Positions 50,491-61,890 of a stretch of DNA of 64,000 nt are shown here, one piece after another. The notes beneath the pieces are model-generated. The model searched no databases. It saw nothing but the letters and a program-made list of their open reading frames with translations, and was not told where the DNA came from. Within the stretch, counting starts at the first letter, position 1. Each line of letters begins with the position of its first letter. Origin of the DNA: Chiloscyllium plagiosum (lineage: Eukaryota). Both the position numbers and the translations under genes were made by a program. The DNA lies in assembly GCF_004010195.1 (NCBI RefSeq), contig NC_057753.1:4624887-4688886 (forward strand), written 5' to 3'.

Positions 50491-50691
50491 TTTATAATCA
50501 TGGTAAAAATACAGGTGTTTATTGCTGATTTGTACATGTGATACAATTACTTCAACATCAATGGGTGGATAACCTCTCATCTACCAGCATTGTCGGGAAC
50601 CAAAGCACTCCCGATAAAAGTAAAATTTCAAAAACCATGAGTGGTCTGGATGCAGTCATTAGGGAGAAATGGTTCCCGTTTATAAAATGAG

Positions 50692-50975
50692 TGGGCACGG
50701 TGGCTCAGTGGTTAGCATTGCTGCCTCACAGCGCCAGGGTCCCAGGTTCGATTCCAGCCTTCGACTGTGTGTGGAGTTTGTACATTCTCCCCGTGTCTGC
50801 GTGGGTTTCCTCCCGCACTCCAAAGATGTGCAGGTCAGGATGAATTGCTAAATTGCCCATAGTGTTAGGTACATTAGTCAGAGGGAATTGGGTCTGCGTG
50901 GGTTACTCTTCAGGGAGGGTCAGCGTGGATATGTTGGGCTGAAGAGCCCGTTTCCACACTGTAGGGGTATCTAAT
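50692..50975 (+). mobile_element. HE1/V-SINE-like SINE
   Basis: Full head, central domain and tail. Confidence 0.85.
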
Positions 50976-51221
50976 CTCATAAACAACAGGGCTGAAATTT
51001 AAAGTGATTGGCTAGTGAACTAATCTGATGCAAGATGACACTGTACCACACAATGAGTGATTTGTGACTGGAATACACTGCCTGGAGGTGCAGGGAAGGC
51101 AGGTTCAATAATGCATTGGAGGGTATTCAAAGATACAGGGGAAAGTCAGGGAGATGGTACTGTGCCATAACGCTCATTGGCTGGGAAGCCTCCTTGGGTA
51201 TTCTAAGAGAGAGAGCGAGCG

Positions 51222-51260
51222 AGCTAAAGTTTCAAGTCCAGATGACTCTTCATCAGAGCT
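51222..51260 (-). ncRNA. Hammerhead-like motif at Penelope 3' end (triplet UUU, probably mutated from GUU)
   Basis: Minus strand reads AGCT-CTGATGA-A-GAGTC-ATCTG-GACTT-GAAAC-TTT-AGCT. Confidence 0.55.
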
Positions 51261-53095
51261 GAAGTGTGGAGGGGGCAATATTTACAGGACAGTTTAGGGG
51301 TGCGGGTAGGTAGTGAGTGTTGGGGAGAAAAGATGTTGATAGTTCAGATTAAGAGATTGGAATGTGAGAATGGCAGAACAATGGTGTGTCTCCTGTTAGA
51401 CATGAAAGGGACAGACAGTCCCCACTGGGATTGGGGGGGGGGGGGGGAGGTGTTGGTAAGACACNNNNNNNNNNNNNNNNNNNNNNNNNNNNNNNNNNNN
51501 NNNNNNNNNNNNNNNNNNNNNNNNNNNNNNNNNNNNNNNNNNNNNNNNNNNNNNNNNNNNNNNNNNNNNNNNNNNNNNNNNNNNNNNNNNNNNNNNNNNN
51601 NNNNNNNNNNNNNNNNNNNNNNNNNNNNNNNNNNNNNNNNNNNNNNNNNNNNNNNNNNNNNNNNNNNNNNNNNNNNNNNNNNNNNNNNNNNNNNNNNNNN
51701 NNNNGGGAAGAAATGGGAATGGTTTACAATTTGAAGGTGTTGGGGGGGGGGGGGGGTAGAGGAGGAGGAGTGAGGTAAAGATGTGTTTGGTGGTGGCGTT
51801 CTGCTGGAGTTGTCTGAAGCAGCAGAGAATGATCCTTTGAATGGGGAGGCTGGTGGACTGAAAATTGAGGCCAAGGGGAACCCGATCAGGCTGTTGTGAC
51901 TAATGCGAAGGGGCGAGGGATGCAAGCACGGCTGATAGGTCAGATGCGGTTGAGGGCCCTGTCAACCACAGCGGGTGGGAAACTACAGGTACAGAAGGAG
52001 CAGCACTGTTTTGGAAGGTGGCATCATCCAAACAGATACGACGTAGGTGAATGAATTGGGATGGAATCCCTGCAGGACGTAGGGTGTGAAGAGCTGGAAT
52101 GAAAGAAGCTATGGGAGTCAGGGGCTCTGTGGTGGATGGCAGCAGACAGTTTATTCCCCAAAATGGAGACGGAAAGGTCAAGGAAAGGAAGGGAAGTGTC
52201 GGGAATGGACTATGTGGAAGTTATGGCGGGGTGGAAATTGGAGGCAAAATGAATGAGGTTTTCAAAATCCTCACGGGACGGCATGAAACAGTCGTCGATG
52301 TAGCGAGGAAAGAGTTGTTGGACGGAGCCCGTCTGGGAATGGAACAAGGATTGTTCCAAATACCCCATAACGAACTGGGACCCATGTGGGTTAGCGTGGA
52401 TGGACATTTTGGTCAGCATGGACCAGTTTGAGCCAAAGGGCCTCTCTCCATGCTGTAGACTTGATGACTCTATGCCATACCCATAAAGAGGCAGGCATAA
52501 CTGGGACCCATGTGGGTGCCCACAGCCGCTCCTTTGACTTGGCAGAAGTGAGATGAACTAAAGGAGAAACCGTTCAGCGGGAGACAAGCTCAGCCAGGCG
52601 GAGGAGAGTCCCCGGCGGACGGGAAACGTTCAGGCCTCTGGTCAAGGAAGAAGTCGAGAGCTCTTAGAGCATCCTGATGGGGGGTGGGGTTTTGGAGGGA
52701 TTGCACATCCAAGGTGAACAGGAGGCAGTTAGGGCCAGGGAACTGGAAATTGCCCATATGGTGGAGGGCATCATAACTGGGCAGAGTCTGGACAAGTGGA
52801 GAGAGGATGGAGTCAAGGTAGGAGGAAATGAACTCAGAGGGGCAGGCTGATACGATGGGTCTCCCAGGGCAGTCTGGATTGTGGATTTTGGGAAGGAAGT
52901 AGAAGTGGGCTGTCTGGGGTCGGGAGACTGTGAGGTCAGAGGCAGTGGGGGGGGAGGAATCGCCAGAGGTAATGAGGTTGGTGACAGCCCTGGCACCAGT
53001 GGATTGATTTTCAGAGGTGGGGTCATGGTCAGGGGGAGTTAGGAAGAAGTGTCTGAGAGCTGGCAAGGTAACAGTCCGCATGCCAGACTACAACA
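51222..53095 (-). mobile_element. Degraded Penelope-like element (RT to 3' end), spanning a 240-N gap (51465-51704)
   Basis: FYFLPKIHNPDCPGRPIVSAC, LLFTLDVQSL and PRYIDDCF. The 3' end carries a hammerhead-like motif at 51222-51260. Confidence 0.85.
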
Positions 53096-53697
53096 GCAGC
53101 ACATTCGCCAGCCGGTTTGTTACGAACCAGGCCAGACCCCCTCAAACATGTCAAGAAAGTAGCTCAGACCCTAACTGTGTTAGTTTTTTTAAGCCAGTGT
53201 AACACAGATATTCCAGGAAGGATGCAGCTGGTCAAATCACTTCGTTTCAAACAAAACAGAAATTATTTTCAAGATTACCAAATGAAACACAAACAGAACA
53301 GAATAAAATAATGTATCTAAAAACCCAACAGATTATCCCAACTTAACGATGGTGTTCCCAATAGTGCCCTCTAAACACCCCAATGGTAGTAAAGATAAAA
53401 TCAAACACAGGGACTTAGGGGGGGGGAAGAGGTGGAAAAGGGGGTGGGAAGAGAGAAAGAGAGAGAGAGACACACACACACACACACACAGACAGACAGA
53501 CAGAGAGAGAGACACACAGAGTGAGAGAGACAGACAGACAGAGAGAGATGGCAGCATGGAACACCCTCCTCCATGCCTGACTGCTTTCAGTGAATAGCCA
53601 GACCAAGCCAAAGAAAAGCTGGCTGGGAAAACTGGCTACTCCCCTTTCATTGTACAAGTTTGTTTTAACCTTGAAAGCCTTTTGTCTGAGGCAGTAT

Positions 53698-54030
53698 CAT
53701 AGAAATCATAGACTCCCTACAGTGTAGAAACAGGCCATTTGGCCCAAAAAGTCCACACAGACCCTCCGAAGAATAACCCACCCAGACCCATTCACCTATT
53801 ACTCTACATTTCCCCCTGATTAACCTACACACCCCTGAACACTATGGGGCAATTTAGCATGGCCTCATTTTTTAGACTCTGGGAGGAAACTTGGAGCACC
53901 CAGAGGAGATCCACGCAGATACGGGGAAAATGTGCAAACTCCACACAGACAATGACCCGAGGCTGGAATTGAACCCGGGTCCCTGGCGCTGTGAAGCAGC
54001 AGTGCTAACCACGGAGCCATCGTGCCACCC
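53698..54030 (-). mobile_element. HE1/V-SINE-like SINE
   Basis: Reverse-complement SINE. Confidence 0.8.
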
Positions 54031-54099
54031 CAGTTAGCTACAATTAAACTGGCCCTTCAAACCCAAACTTTTTGGAAGGAGTGAGTGCGGAGAAGGAGG

Positions 54100-56798
54100 T
54101 TCAACATTACGACAATGCCAACTCTCACCAGGACTGTCACTGACCTCATTACGTCTGGAGATCCTCCCCCCTCACTGCCTCAAACCTAGTCATCACCCAA
54201 CCCTGGACAGCCCACTCCTACCTCCTTCCCAAAATCCACAAATCAGACTGCCCCAGGAGACCCATTGTACCAGCCTCTTCCTGCCCCACTGAGCTCATTT
54301 CCTCCAACCTTGACTCCAACCTCTCTCCACTTGTCCAGACTCTGCTCGCGATTCCGCTGATGCCCTCCGTCATATTGATAATTCCCTGTTCCCTGGTCCT
54401 AACTGCCTCCTGTTCACCCTGGATGTGCAATCCCGCCAAACCTCTATCCTCCCCACCAGAATGCTCCGAGCGCTCTCGGCTTCTTCCTTGACCAGAGGTC
54501 TGAACGATTCCCATCTGCCGGGGAGTCTCCTCCGCCTGGCTGAGCTTGTCTCCCACTGAACGATTTCTCCTTTAATTCATCTCACTTCTGCCAAGTCAAA
54601 GGAGCGGCTGTGGGCACCCAGATGGGCCCCAGTTATCCCTGCCTCTTTATGGGTATGGCATAGAGTCCTACAGCATAGAGTGCCGCCATTTGGCCCAAAC
54701 TGGTCCATGCTGACCAAAATATCCATCCATGCTAACCCCATTTCCCCTCCACGTGGCCCATATCCTTCTAAACCTTTCCTATCCATATATTTGTCTAAAT
54801 GCCTTTTAAATATTGTTAATGTACCCGCCTCAACCACTTCCGCTGGCAGCTCATTCCATATCTGACCCACCCTCTGTTTAAAAAACAAAGTTGCCCCTCA
54901 GGTTCCCTTTTATTCTTTCCCCTCTAACCTTAAACTAATGCCCTCTCGTCCTCGATTCCCCAACACTGGGAAAAAGACTGAGTGCATTCACCCTATCCAC
55001 ACCCTCTCATGATCTTGTACACTTCTATAACATCCCCTCTCAGTCTCCTATGCTGTAAAGAAAAAACTTCCTAGCTCATCCAACCCCTCCCTATAACTCA
55101 GACCATCGATGTCCAGGCAACATCCTTGTAAATTCCTTCTGCATTCTTTCAGTTTAATAACATCCTTCCTATAGCAAGGTGACCAAAACTGAGCACAATA
55201 CTCCCGAGTGCGGCCTCACCAATGTCCTATATAACTGCAACATAACTTTCCAACTTCTATACTCAGTGCCCTGACTGATGAAAGCCAGTGTACCAAATGC
55301 CTTCTTCACCGTCCTGTCTACCTGGGACTCCACTTTCAGAGAGCCATGCACCTGAACTCCAAGATCCCTCTGTTCCACTACACTCCTTGAGGCCCTACCA
55401 TTCACCCTGAAACCCCTACCTCGATTTGACTTTCCAACGTGCAAGACCTCACACTTCGCTATATTAAACGCCATTTCTCGGCCCACTTCCCCAGCTGATC
55501 AATTATGCGGAAGGATCCTTGTTTCAGTTTTACACTGGCCCCCTCCCACAAATCTTCTCCGTACATCAGCGACTGTTTGGGTGCTGTTCATTACCCCATT
55601 AGGACCGTGAAAACCTCATTCATTTTGCCTCCAATTTCCACCCCTCCATAGCTTCCACATCGTCCATTCCTGACATTTCCCTTCCTTTCCTTGACCTCTC
55701 CATTACAGGGAATGAACTGTCCCGTTACCATCCGCAGTCAAGCCACTTGCTCCCATAGCTACTTCCAATACAGCTGGGCACACCCCGCATCCTGCAAGGA
55801 CTCCTTCCCATTCTCCCAGTTCCTTCGCCTACATCGCATCTGTTAGGATGACGTCATCTTCCAAAGCAGCGCTGTTAACATGGCTTCCATCCTCCGTGAC
55901 TGGGGTTTCCCGCCCACTGTGGCTGACAGGGCACTGAACCGCACCTGACCTATCACCCATCCTTCTGTCCTTGCCCTTTCCCATCACTCACAACAGTGTG
56001 ATTGGGTTCTTTTTTTCCTCATTTCTCAGTCCACCAGCCTCCGCATTCAAAGGATCATTCTCTGCCATTTCAGACAACAAGACACCACCACCACCACCAA
56101 GCACATCTTCCCCTCACTCCCCCCCCCCGCCTCCATTTGGCAGGGATCGTTCCCTGCAGGACACCCTAGTCCATTCCATAACCATCAATACCACACCCCC
56201 TCTCCACGGCACCTTCCCATGTCACCGCAGAAGGTGCCACCACCTGCCCCTTTCACCTCCTCCCTGCTCACCATCCAGCATTTCACTTCCTCCAATCTTG
56301 CGTACTGTATCCGCTGCACCCAATGTGGCCTACTCGACATCGGAGAAACCAAACGCACACTGGGTGCCTGCTTTGTCACCTGTGCGCAACCGACCTTCCT
56401 GTAGCTGGTCACTTTAACACCGTGTCCCACTCGCATGCCCACGCATCTGTCCTCGGCGTGCTGCAGCGTTCCAGCGAATCACTGCGCAAACTGGAGGATC
56501 AACATCTCATCTTCAGGCTAGGCACTTTACAGCTTTCGAGAGTTAATATTGAGTTCAACACCTTTAAATTGTTAACCAGTTCCCATTTCTCCCCTTTCTT
56601 TTGGCTTGTTATCATGTCCTCCCCCTCCCCGCCATCCCAGTAGGGACTGTCTGTCCCTTTCAAGTCTGACAGGAGACACACCGTTGTTCTGCCGTTCTCA
56701 TATTCCGATCTCTTAACCTGAATGATCAACATCTTTTCTTCATCAGCACCCAACACTCACTACCCGCCCCCACCCCTAAACTGTAGTACAAATGCTGT
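54100..56798 (+). mobile_element. Degraded Penelope-like element (RT + GIY-YIG), interrupted by CR1 at ~54658-55505
   Basis: LLPKIHKSDCPRRPIV, QVKGAAVGTQMGPSY.CLFMGY, SNLAYCIRCTQCGLLDIGETKRTL and RKLEDQHLIFRLGTLQ. Confidence 0.85.
54658..55505 (-). mobile_element. CR1 LINE 3' fragment inside Penelope
   Basis: KCEVLHVG...LYRTLVRPH and QRVGQIWNELPAEVVEAG. Confidence 0.85.
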
Positions 56799-57298
56799 NN
56801 NNNNNNNNNNNNNNNNNNNNNNNNNNNNNNNNNNNNNNNNNNNNNNNNNNNNNNNNNNNNNNNNNNNNNNNNNNNNNNNNNNNNNNNNNNNNNNNNNNNN
56901 NNNNNNNNNNNNNNNNNNNNNNNNNNNNNNNNNNNNNNNNNNNNNNNNNNNNNNNNNNNNNNNNNNNNNNNNNNNNNNNNNNNNNNNNNNNNNNNNNNNN
57001 NNNNNNNNNNNNNNNNNNNNNNNNNNNNNNNNNNNNNNNNNNNNNNNNNNNNNNNNNNNNNNNNNNNNNNNNNNNNNNNNNNNNNNNNNNNNNNNNNNNN
57101 NNNNNNNNNNNNNNNNNNNNNNNNNNNNNNNNNNNNNNNNNNNNNNNNNNNNNNNNNNNNNNNNNNNNNNNNNNNNNNNNNNNNNNNNNNNNNNNNNNNN
57201 NNNNNNNNNNNNNNNNNNNNNNNNNNNNNNNNNNNNNNNNNNNNNNNNNNNNNNNNNNNNNNNNNNNNNNNNNNNNNNNNNNNNNNNNNNNNNNNNNN
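56799..57298. other. Assembly gap (500 N)
   Basis: Run of N. Confidence 0.99.
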
Positions 57299-57591
57299 TG
57301 TGGAAACAGGCCCTTCGGCCCATCAAGTCCACACCGACCCGCCGAAGCGCAACCCACCCATACCCCTACATTTACCCCTTACCTAACACTACGGGCAATT
57401 TAGCATGGCCAATTCACCTGACCTGCACATCTTTGGACTGTGGGAGGAAACCGGAGCACCCGGAGGAAACCCACGCAGACACGGGGAGAACGTGCAAACT
57501 CCACACAGTCAGTCGCCTGAGGCGGGAATTGAACCCGGGTCTCCGGCGCTATGAGGCAGCAGTGCTAACCACTGTGCCACCGTGCCGCCCA
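57299..57591 (-). mobile_element. HE1/V-SINE-like SINE (young copy)
   Basis: Nearly identical to 26865-27171. Confidence 0.85.
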
Positions 57592-57764
57592 CAATAGATG
57601 GTGCACATCGGAAATATCTGGCTACAAGAGATGGACTCTCCTTCCCAATCTCTCCCCCTCACCTGAGGCATGGTGAGCTTCAGTTTAAACCACCACCAGT
57701 CACCTCTCTTTGACGAGAAAGCAGCTGTCTGGTCTAGCAGTACAATGGTGACTTTACTTCTGAC

Positions 57765-57990
57765 ACAGTGATGCTGCTGTGCCTTGGGGGTGGAGAGACT
57801 GAATGTTATAGGCGGTGGATGGGATACCATTTCGGCACACTGCTTTGTCCTGGGTGATGTTCACTTTCTTTAATACTGTTTGGAGCTGCACTGAAGGAAG
57901 GACGTGGAGGGTGTTCCAACGCAATCGGACTTGTACCTTATAAATAGGAAGCAGACACTGGGGAGTCAGGTCTTTGGAGAACCAGATCAT
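57765..57990 (-). mobile_element. LINE (CR1/L2 group) RT C-terminal fragment
   Basis: LPIYKVQVR...LKKVNITQDKA...NIQSLH. Confidence 0.5.
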
Positions 57991-58015
57991 TCTCTTTGTA
58001 GCAAAGGAAACTGAC

Positions 58016-58212
58016 AGGAGAAACAGAAACAGAAAGTTGCTGGAAAAGCACAGCAGGTCTGTGGAGAGAAATCAAAGTTAACGTTTCGGGTCCTGTGAGG
58101 AAGTGACACTGGATCCGAAACATTAACTTTGATTTCTCTGCACAGTCCTGCTGAGCTTTTCCGGAAACTTTCTGTATTAGTTTCTGATTTACAGCATCCG
58201 CAGTTCTGTTGG
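58016..58212. mobile_element. Hairpin element related to the Penelope-derived families (degenerate GAAAC-GUU core)
   Basis: Inverted arms agaaatcaaagttaacgtttcgg / ccgaaacattaactttgatttct. Confidence 0.6.
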
Positions 58213-58621
58213 TTTTTAAATTGAGAGGAGATTTGATGGAGCCGTTGATCGTAAACCTACATTAGGAGGACAAAACCTACTTTCGTCAGCTGATAGTAAA
58301 AGGATAACATTTAAGATTTGGGGAAAATCTACAGAGAGAGTGCAGAGATTGAAGGCAGAAACTTTATGCAACAAATGGGAATGAGCTGGCATTCAATACT
58401 CACACACAAAGGTCGCTATTATCCAGGTCCTAATGAATTAAATAATTCTGTCAGAATTTGATGCTGCGCGCGCATTTATTTTGAGGTTCCCATCTATAAA
58501 TTCACTTGTAATGTCTGTAAAACAAGTTCACAAAATGCATCCTGTCAGTCTGGGATAGAAAATTACACCATCTCCTTCCCCTGGTTGAGGATGACCATGC
58601 ACTCGTCCCGCTGCACAGTGC

Positions 58622-58878
58622 ATGTACAGTTTGGAAACTGATCCTTCGGTCTAACTCGTCCATGCCAACCAGATATCCTAAATTAATCTTGTCCCATCTG
58701 CCAGCACTTGACCCATATCCCTCTGAACCCTTCCTATTCATACACCCATCCAGATGCCTTCTAAATATTGTCATTGTACCAGCCTCCACCACTTCCTCTG
58801 GGCAGCTCATTCCATACACGTACCACCCTCTGTGTGAAAAAGTTGCCTTTTAGGTCCTTTTTAAATCTTTCCCCTCTC
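58622..58878 (-). mobile_element. CR1 LINE 3' tail
   Basis: Reverse complement of the CR1 tail. Confidence 0.8.
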
Positions 58879-59094
58879 TGATTTTTATGTGGATCATGAA
58901 TTTCTGCCCTGGGGCTTCATGTGACTGAACAGAGCCTCAGATCCTCTGACACATGAGGCAGGATGTCCCATGAGTTAGTGGGTAGGTTTCTTTTTTTTTA
59001 AACCTGTGCCTCTGCTCTGCCTCATCAACAAGGCATTGGGTGTGAAGGGCTGTTGCAGCCTGATGGACAAGTTGTCTCCACCCGGAACAATGGG

Positions 59095-59450
59095 CAGCAA
59101 GCTCCGCCCACTCATTTCAAACATTGCCCCCGACAAAGATGGCGGTCGCACGGACGCCCAGTGCCCCCAATAAAGATGGCGTCCGCCACCCCCCCCCGGG
59201 GGCCTACCTTCGGCGAATGCCTCCAGTCAACGACTCGCCCTCACTCCCCCGTCAGTAGGCCACCGCTAACTTCTTTTTCGGGTTTGCGGTTGACGCAAGA
59301 CATTCACGAAGCCTCCCCCACCACGGCCCCATCGCTGGCTCCGCCCCGCCTCATTCTCACCGTTTACGGACTGAAGACAAACAAGGCGTCCGCTGTTAAC
59401 GGGTCCGCGCATGCTCCGTACGCCGACCGGGCCCGCGCCTGCGCACTGAT
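59095..59450 (-). promoter_or_regulatory. CpG-rich promoter / non-coding first exon candidate
   Basis: CpG-dense and non-repetitive. NRF1-like GCGCCTGCGCA (59435-59445) and GCGCATGCTC (59407), GC box ccgccccgcc (59341), and two YY1-like AAGATGGCG (59136, 59173). Minus-strand donors ACG|GTGAGA (59361/59360) and AAG|GTAGGC (59208/59207). Confidence 0.7.
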
Positions 59451-60242
59451 CTCCTGTTTGTGGACTGGGTACAGTCACTGTTGGGAATGCTGAGCCTCAG
59501 TTCAGACTGAGAGAGGGAGCAATGCACACTGACAACAACAGCAATAATAATATTGTCAAATTCCCTGCGACAATTGATATGAGCTTTAACAGTCTGGGCA
59601 TATGCATTCAGTAATGGCTTGAACACACTTCTCTAACTTCCCATGCAGTGAAAAGTGGGAAAGTACCAACATAACTCGAAGTCTGTTCAATGGTTCATTC
59701 GTTGTGGACGGAAGAGAAACCAATGTAGTATTTGGATACCTTTACCGTAGATTTTCCTCTTTCTGAGGAAACACTTGCACGTTTGTGGTGTTCTGAAACA
59801 ACAGATGGACACAATGTGAACCTGAGGATGGTGATTCCACAGGGTTTATTAAGCAGCTGCCTCAAGCTTTGATTTTCCCATTTCAGTGTTCTGAAGGGGT
59901 CAGCTCCTTCCAAAGTACATTCCTAACACTCATCTTCTTCTGCCAGCATGTCCCCATGTAATTGCAGGTGTAAGACTCACCCTGTTATCATCTTTTCTCA
60001 AGGTCCCACATACTCCATCCAAATGAAGCAGTGATTCACTGCTCAAAATGTATTCTGATTCATATTGTGGAGACCAAACACAGACTGGGTGACTGCACGC
60101 AGACCAATTCCACTTAGCAAACAAGACCCCAACCTCCCTATCTCACTTCATAGATGCTGCCCGATCTCGCTGACCTTTTACAGCACTTCCTTCTTTAATT
60201 TCAGGTATCCATAATCTGCAATGCTTTGCATTCATTCAGCAG

Positions 60243-61075
60243 ATAGAGTCGTACAGCATGGAAACAGACCCTTCCATCCAACTCATCTATGCCGACCTGA
60301 TTCCCTAAACTGAACTAGTGCCACTTGCCAGCACTTGACCCATATCCCTGCAAGTGTTTCCGATTCATGTACCCATCCAAATGTTGTAACTGGACCCACC
60401 TCTACCACTTTCTCTAGCAGCTCATTCCATACACGCACCACCCTCTGTGAAAAGTCCCACAGGTCCCTTTTAAATCTTTCCCCTCTCACCTTAAACCTAT
60501 GCCCTCTAGTTTTGGACTCCCCTACCCTGGGAAAAAGACCTTGACTATTCACCTTATCTGTGTCCCTCATGATTTTGAATTTAATTCAGTTAGCTTTGTT
60601 GTCATTAAATGAGTAGTGAAAAGTTTACAGGTCGCCACATTATGGTGCCATCTTAGGTATAAAAGTACCTACATACAGATTCTTAAGAACAAACTCTTCA
60701 GCAAAAACAATCAAACAAAGTAAAATAAAAAGTCAAACATTACAGATCATAAGAACAAGTCAGAAAAATAAAGAACTACAAAAATTCAGAATAACAATCA
60801 TTCTAATCCAGTCTATGCAGGAATCTAGCCTCCAGTAAATGAAAGGGAGACCTCCACTGTTTCACCGCCTCTATAAGGTTATCCCTTTGCCTCCAACATT
60901 CCAGGGAAAATAGCCCCTGCCTATCCAGCCTCTTGTTATAATTCAAACCCTCCAGTCCCAGCAAATCCTTGTCCATGTTTCCTGCACCATTTCCAGTTTA
61001 GCAACATCCTTGCCAGAACAAGGCAATTAGAATTGTACTCAGTATTCAAAATGTGTTCTCACTAACATATTGCAT
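60243..61075 (-). mobile_element. CR1 LINE 3' fragments
   Basis: ORF 60283-60570 TRGHRFKVRGERFK...QRVVRVWNELLE, with a continuation at ~60860-61075. Confidence 0.75.
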
Positions 61076-61077
61076 AT

Positions 61078-61440
61078 GAATGTAGGTTTGCTCACTGAGC
61101 TGCAAGGTTCATTTCCAGACATTTCTTTAACCTACTAGGTAACATCTTCAGTGGGCCTCAGGCAAAGCAATGCTAAGACTTCCTGCTTTCTATTTATATG
61201 TTTGGGTTTCTGTGGGTCAGTGATGTCATTTCCTGTGGTGATGTTATTTCCTGTGGTGAAGTCACTTCCTGTTCCTTTTCTCAGGGGATGGTAGTTGGGG
61301 TCTAACTCGATGTGTTTGTTGATAGAGTTCCGGTTGGAATGCCATGCTTCTAGGAATTCTTGTGCATGTCTCTGTTTGGCTTGTCCAAGGATGGATGTGT
61401 TGTCCCAGTCGAAATGATGTCCTTCCTCATCCGTATGTGA
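61078..61440 (-). mobile_element. Penelope-like element 3' end (family B) with GIY-YIG C-terminus and degenerate hammerhead
   Basis: Minus strand translates HTDEEGHHFDWDNTSILGQAKQRHAQEFLEAWHSNRNSINKHIELDPNYHPLR. Downstream, ccactgaagatgttacctagtagg follows at ~61130-61155. Confidence 0.8.
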
Positions 61441-61610
61441 TAAGACTTAGATATTGGGAAAGAAAGTCATGTTTCTAAATTTGCTGATGGCACGATATAG
61501 CTGGCATTTTAAGAAAGTATGTTCAGAAGTATGAAAGTACTAAATGAGAGAGAGAGAGATAGACAGACAGACACTGCTAAGGGTAAGAGAAAGCTGTGGT
61601 TATGGTGACT

Positions 61611-61629
61611 GCACCACTAGGTGGCAGCA
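61611..61629 (+). promoter_or_regulatory. CTCF-binding motif candidate
   Basis: GCACCACTAGGTGGCAGCA matches the CTCF core CCASYAGRKGGCRS. Confidence 0.6.
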
Positions 61630-61683
61630 ATGGTGCACAGGCACAAACATGGCATGGTCGCAAAAAGGTTGATGTTGTTGTGT

Positions 61684-61890
61684 TGCCATAGTCTTACCAG
61701 ACCATAGGGGTTGCTCTCTCATTAGAGAGAAGCAACTGGTGGTGATTTAACCTGAGGGCCACCAGACCTTAGGCGAGGGAAGAGGTTGAGAAGGAGACTC
61801 CTTCATGGTAACCTCGAACCAGCGATGGGAATTGAACTCACGCAGCTGACATCACACGGCTTTGTAAACCAACAGTCCAGCCAACTGAAG
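61684..61890 (-). mobile_element. Second tRNA-derived SINE family (3' part also at 57640-57760 +)
   Basis: Minus strand has A-box-like TCAGTTGG, B-box GAGTTCAATTCCC and tail ctatggtctggtaagactatggc. Confidence 0.6.

Noticed and set aside
53118..53697. Possible LTR starting TGTTACG between the two Penelope copies
   Set aside because: No matching terminus or TSD was found, so it is left unassigned.
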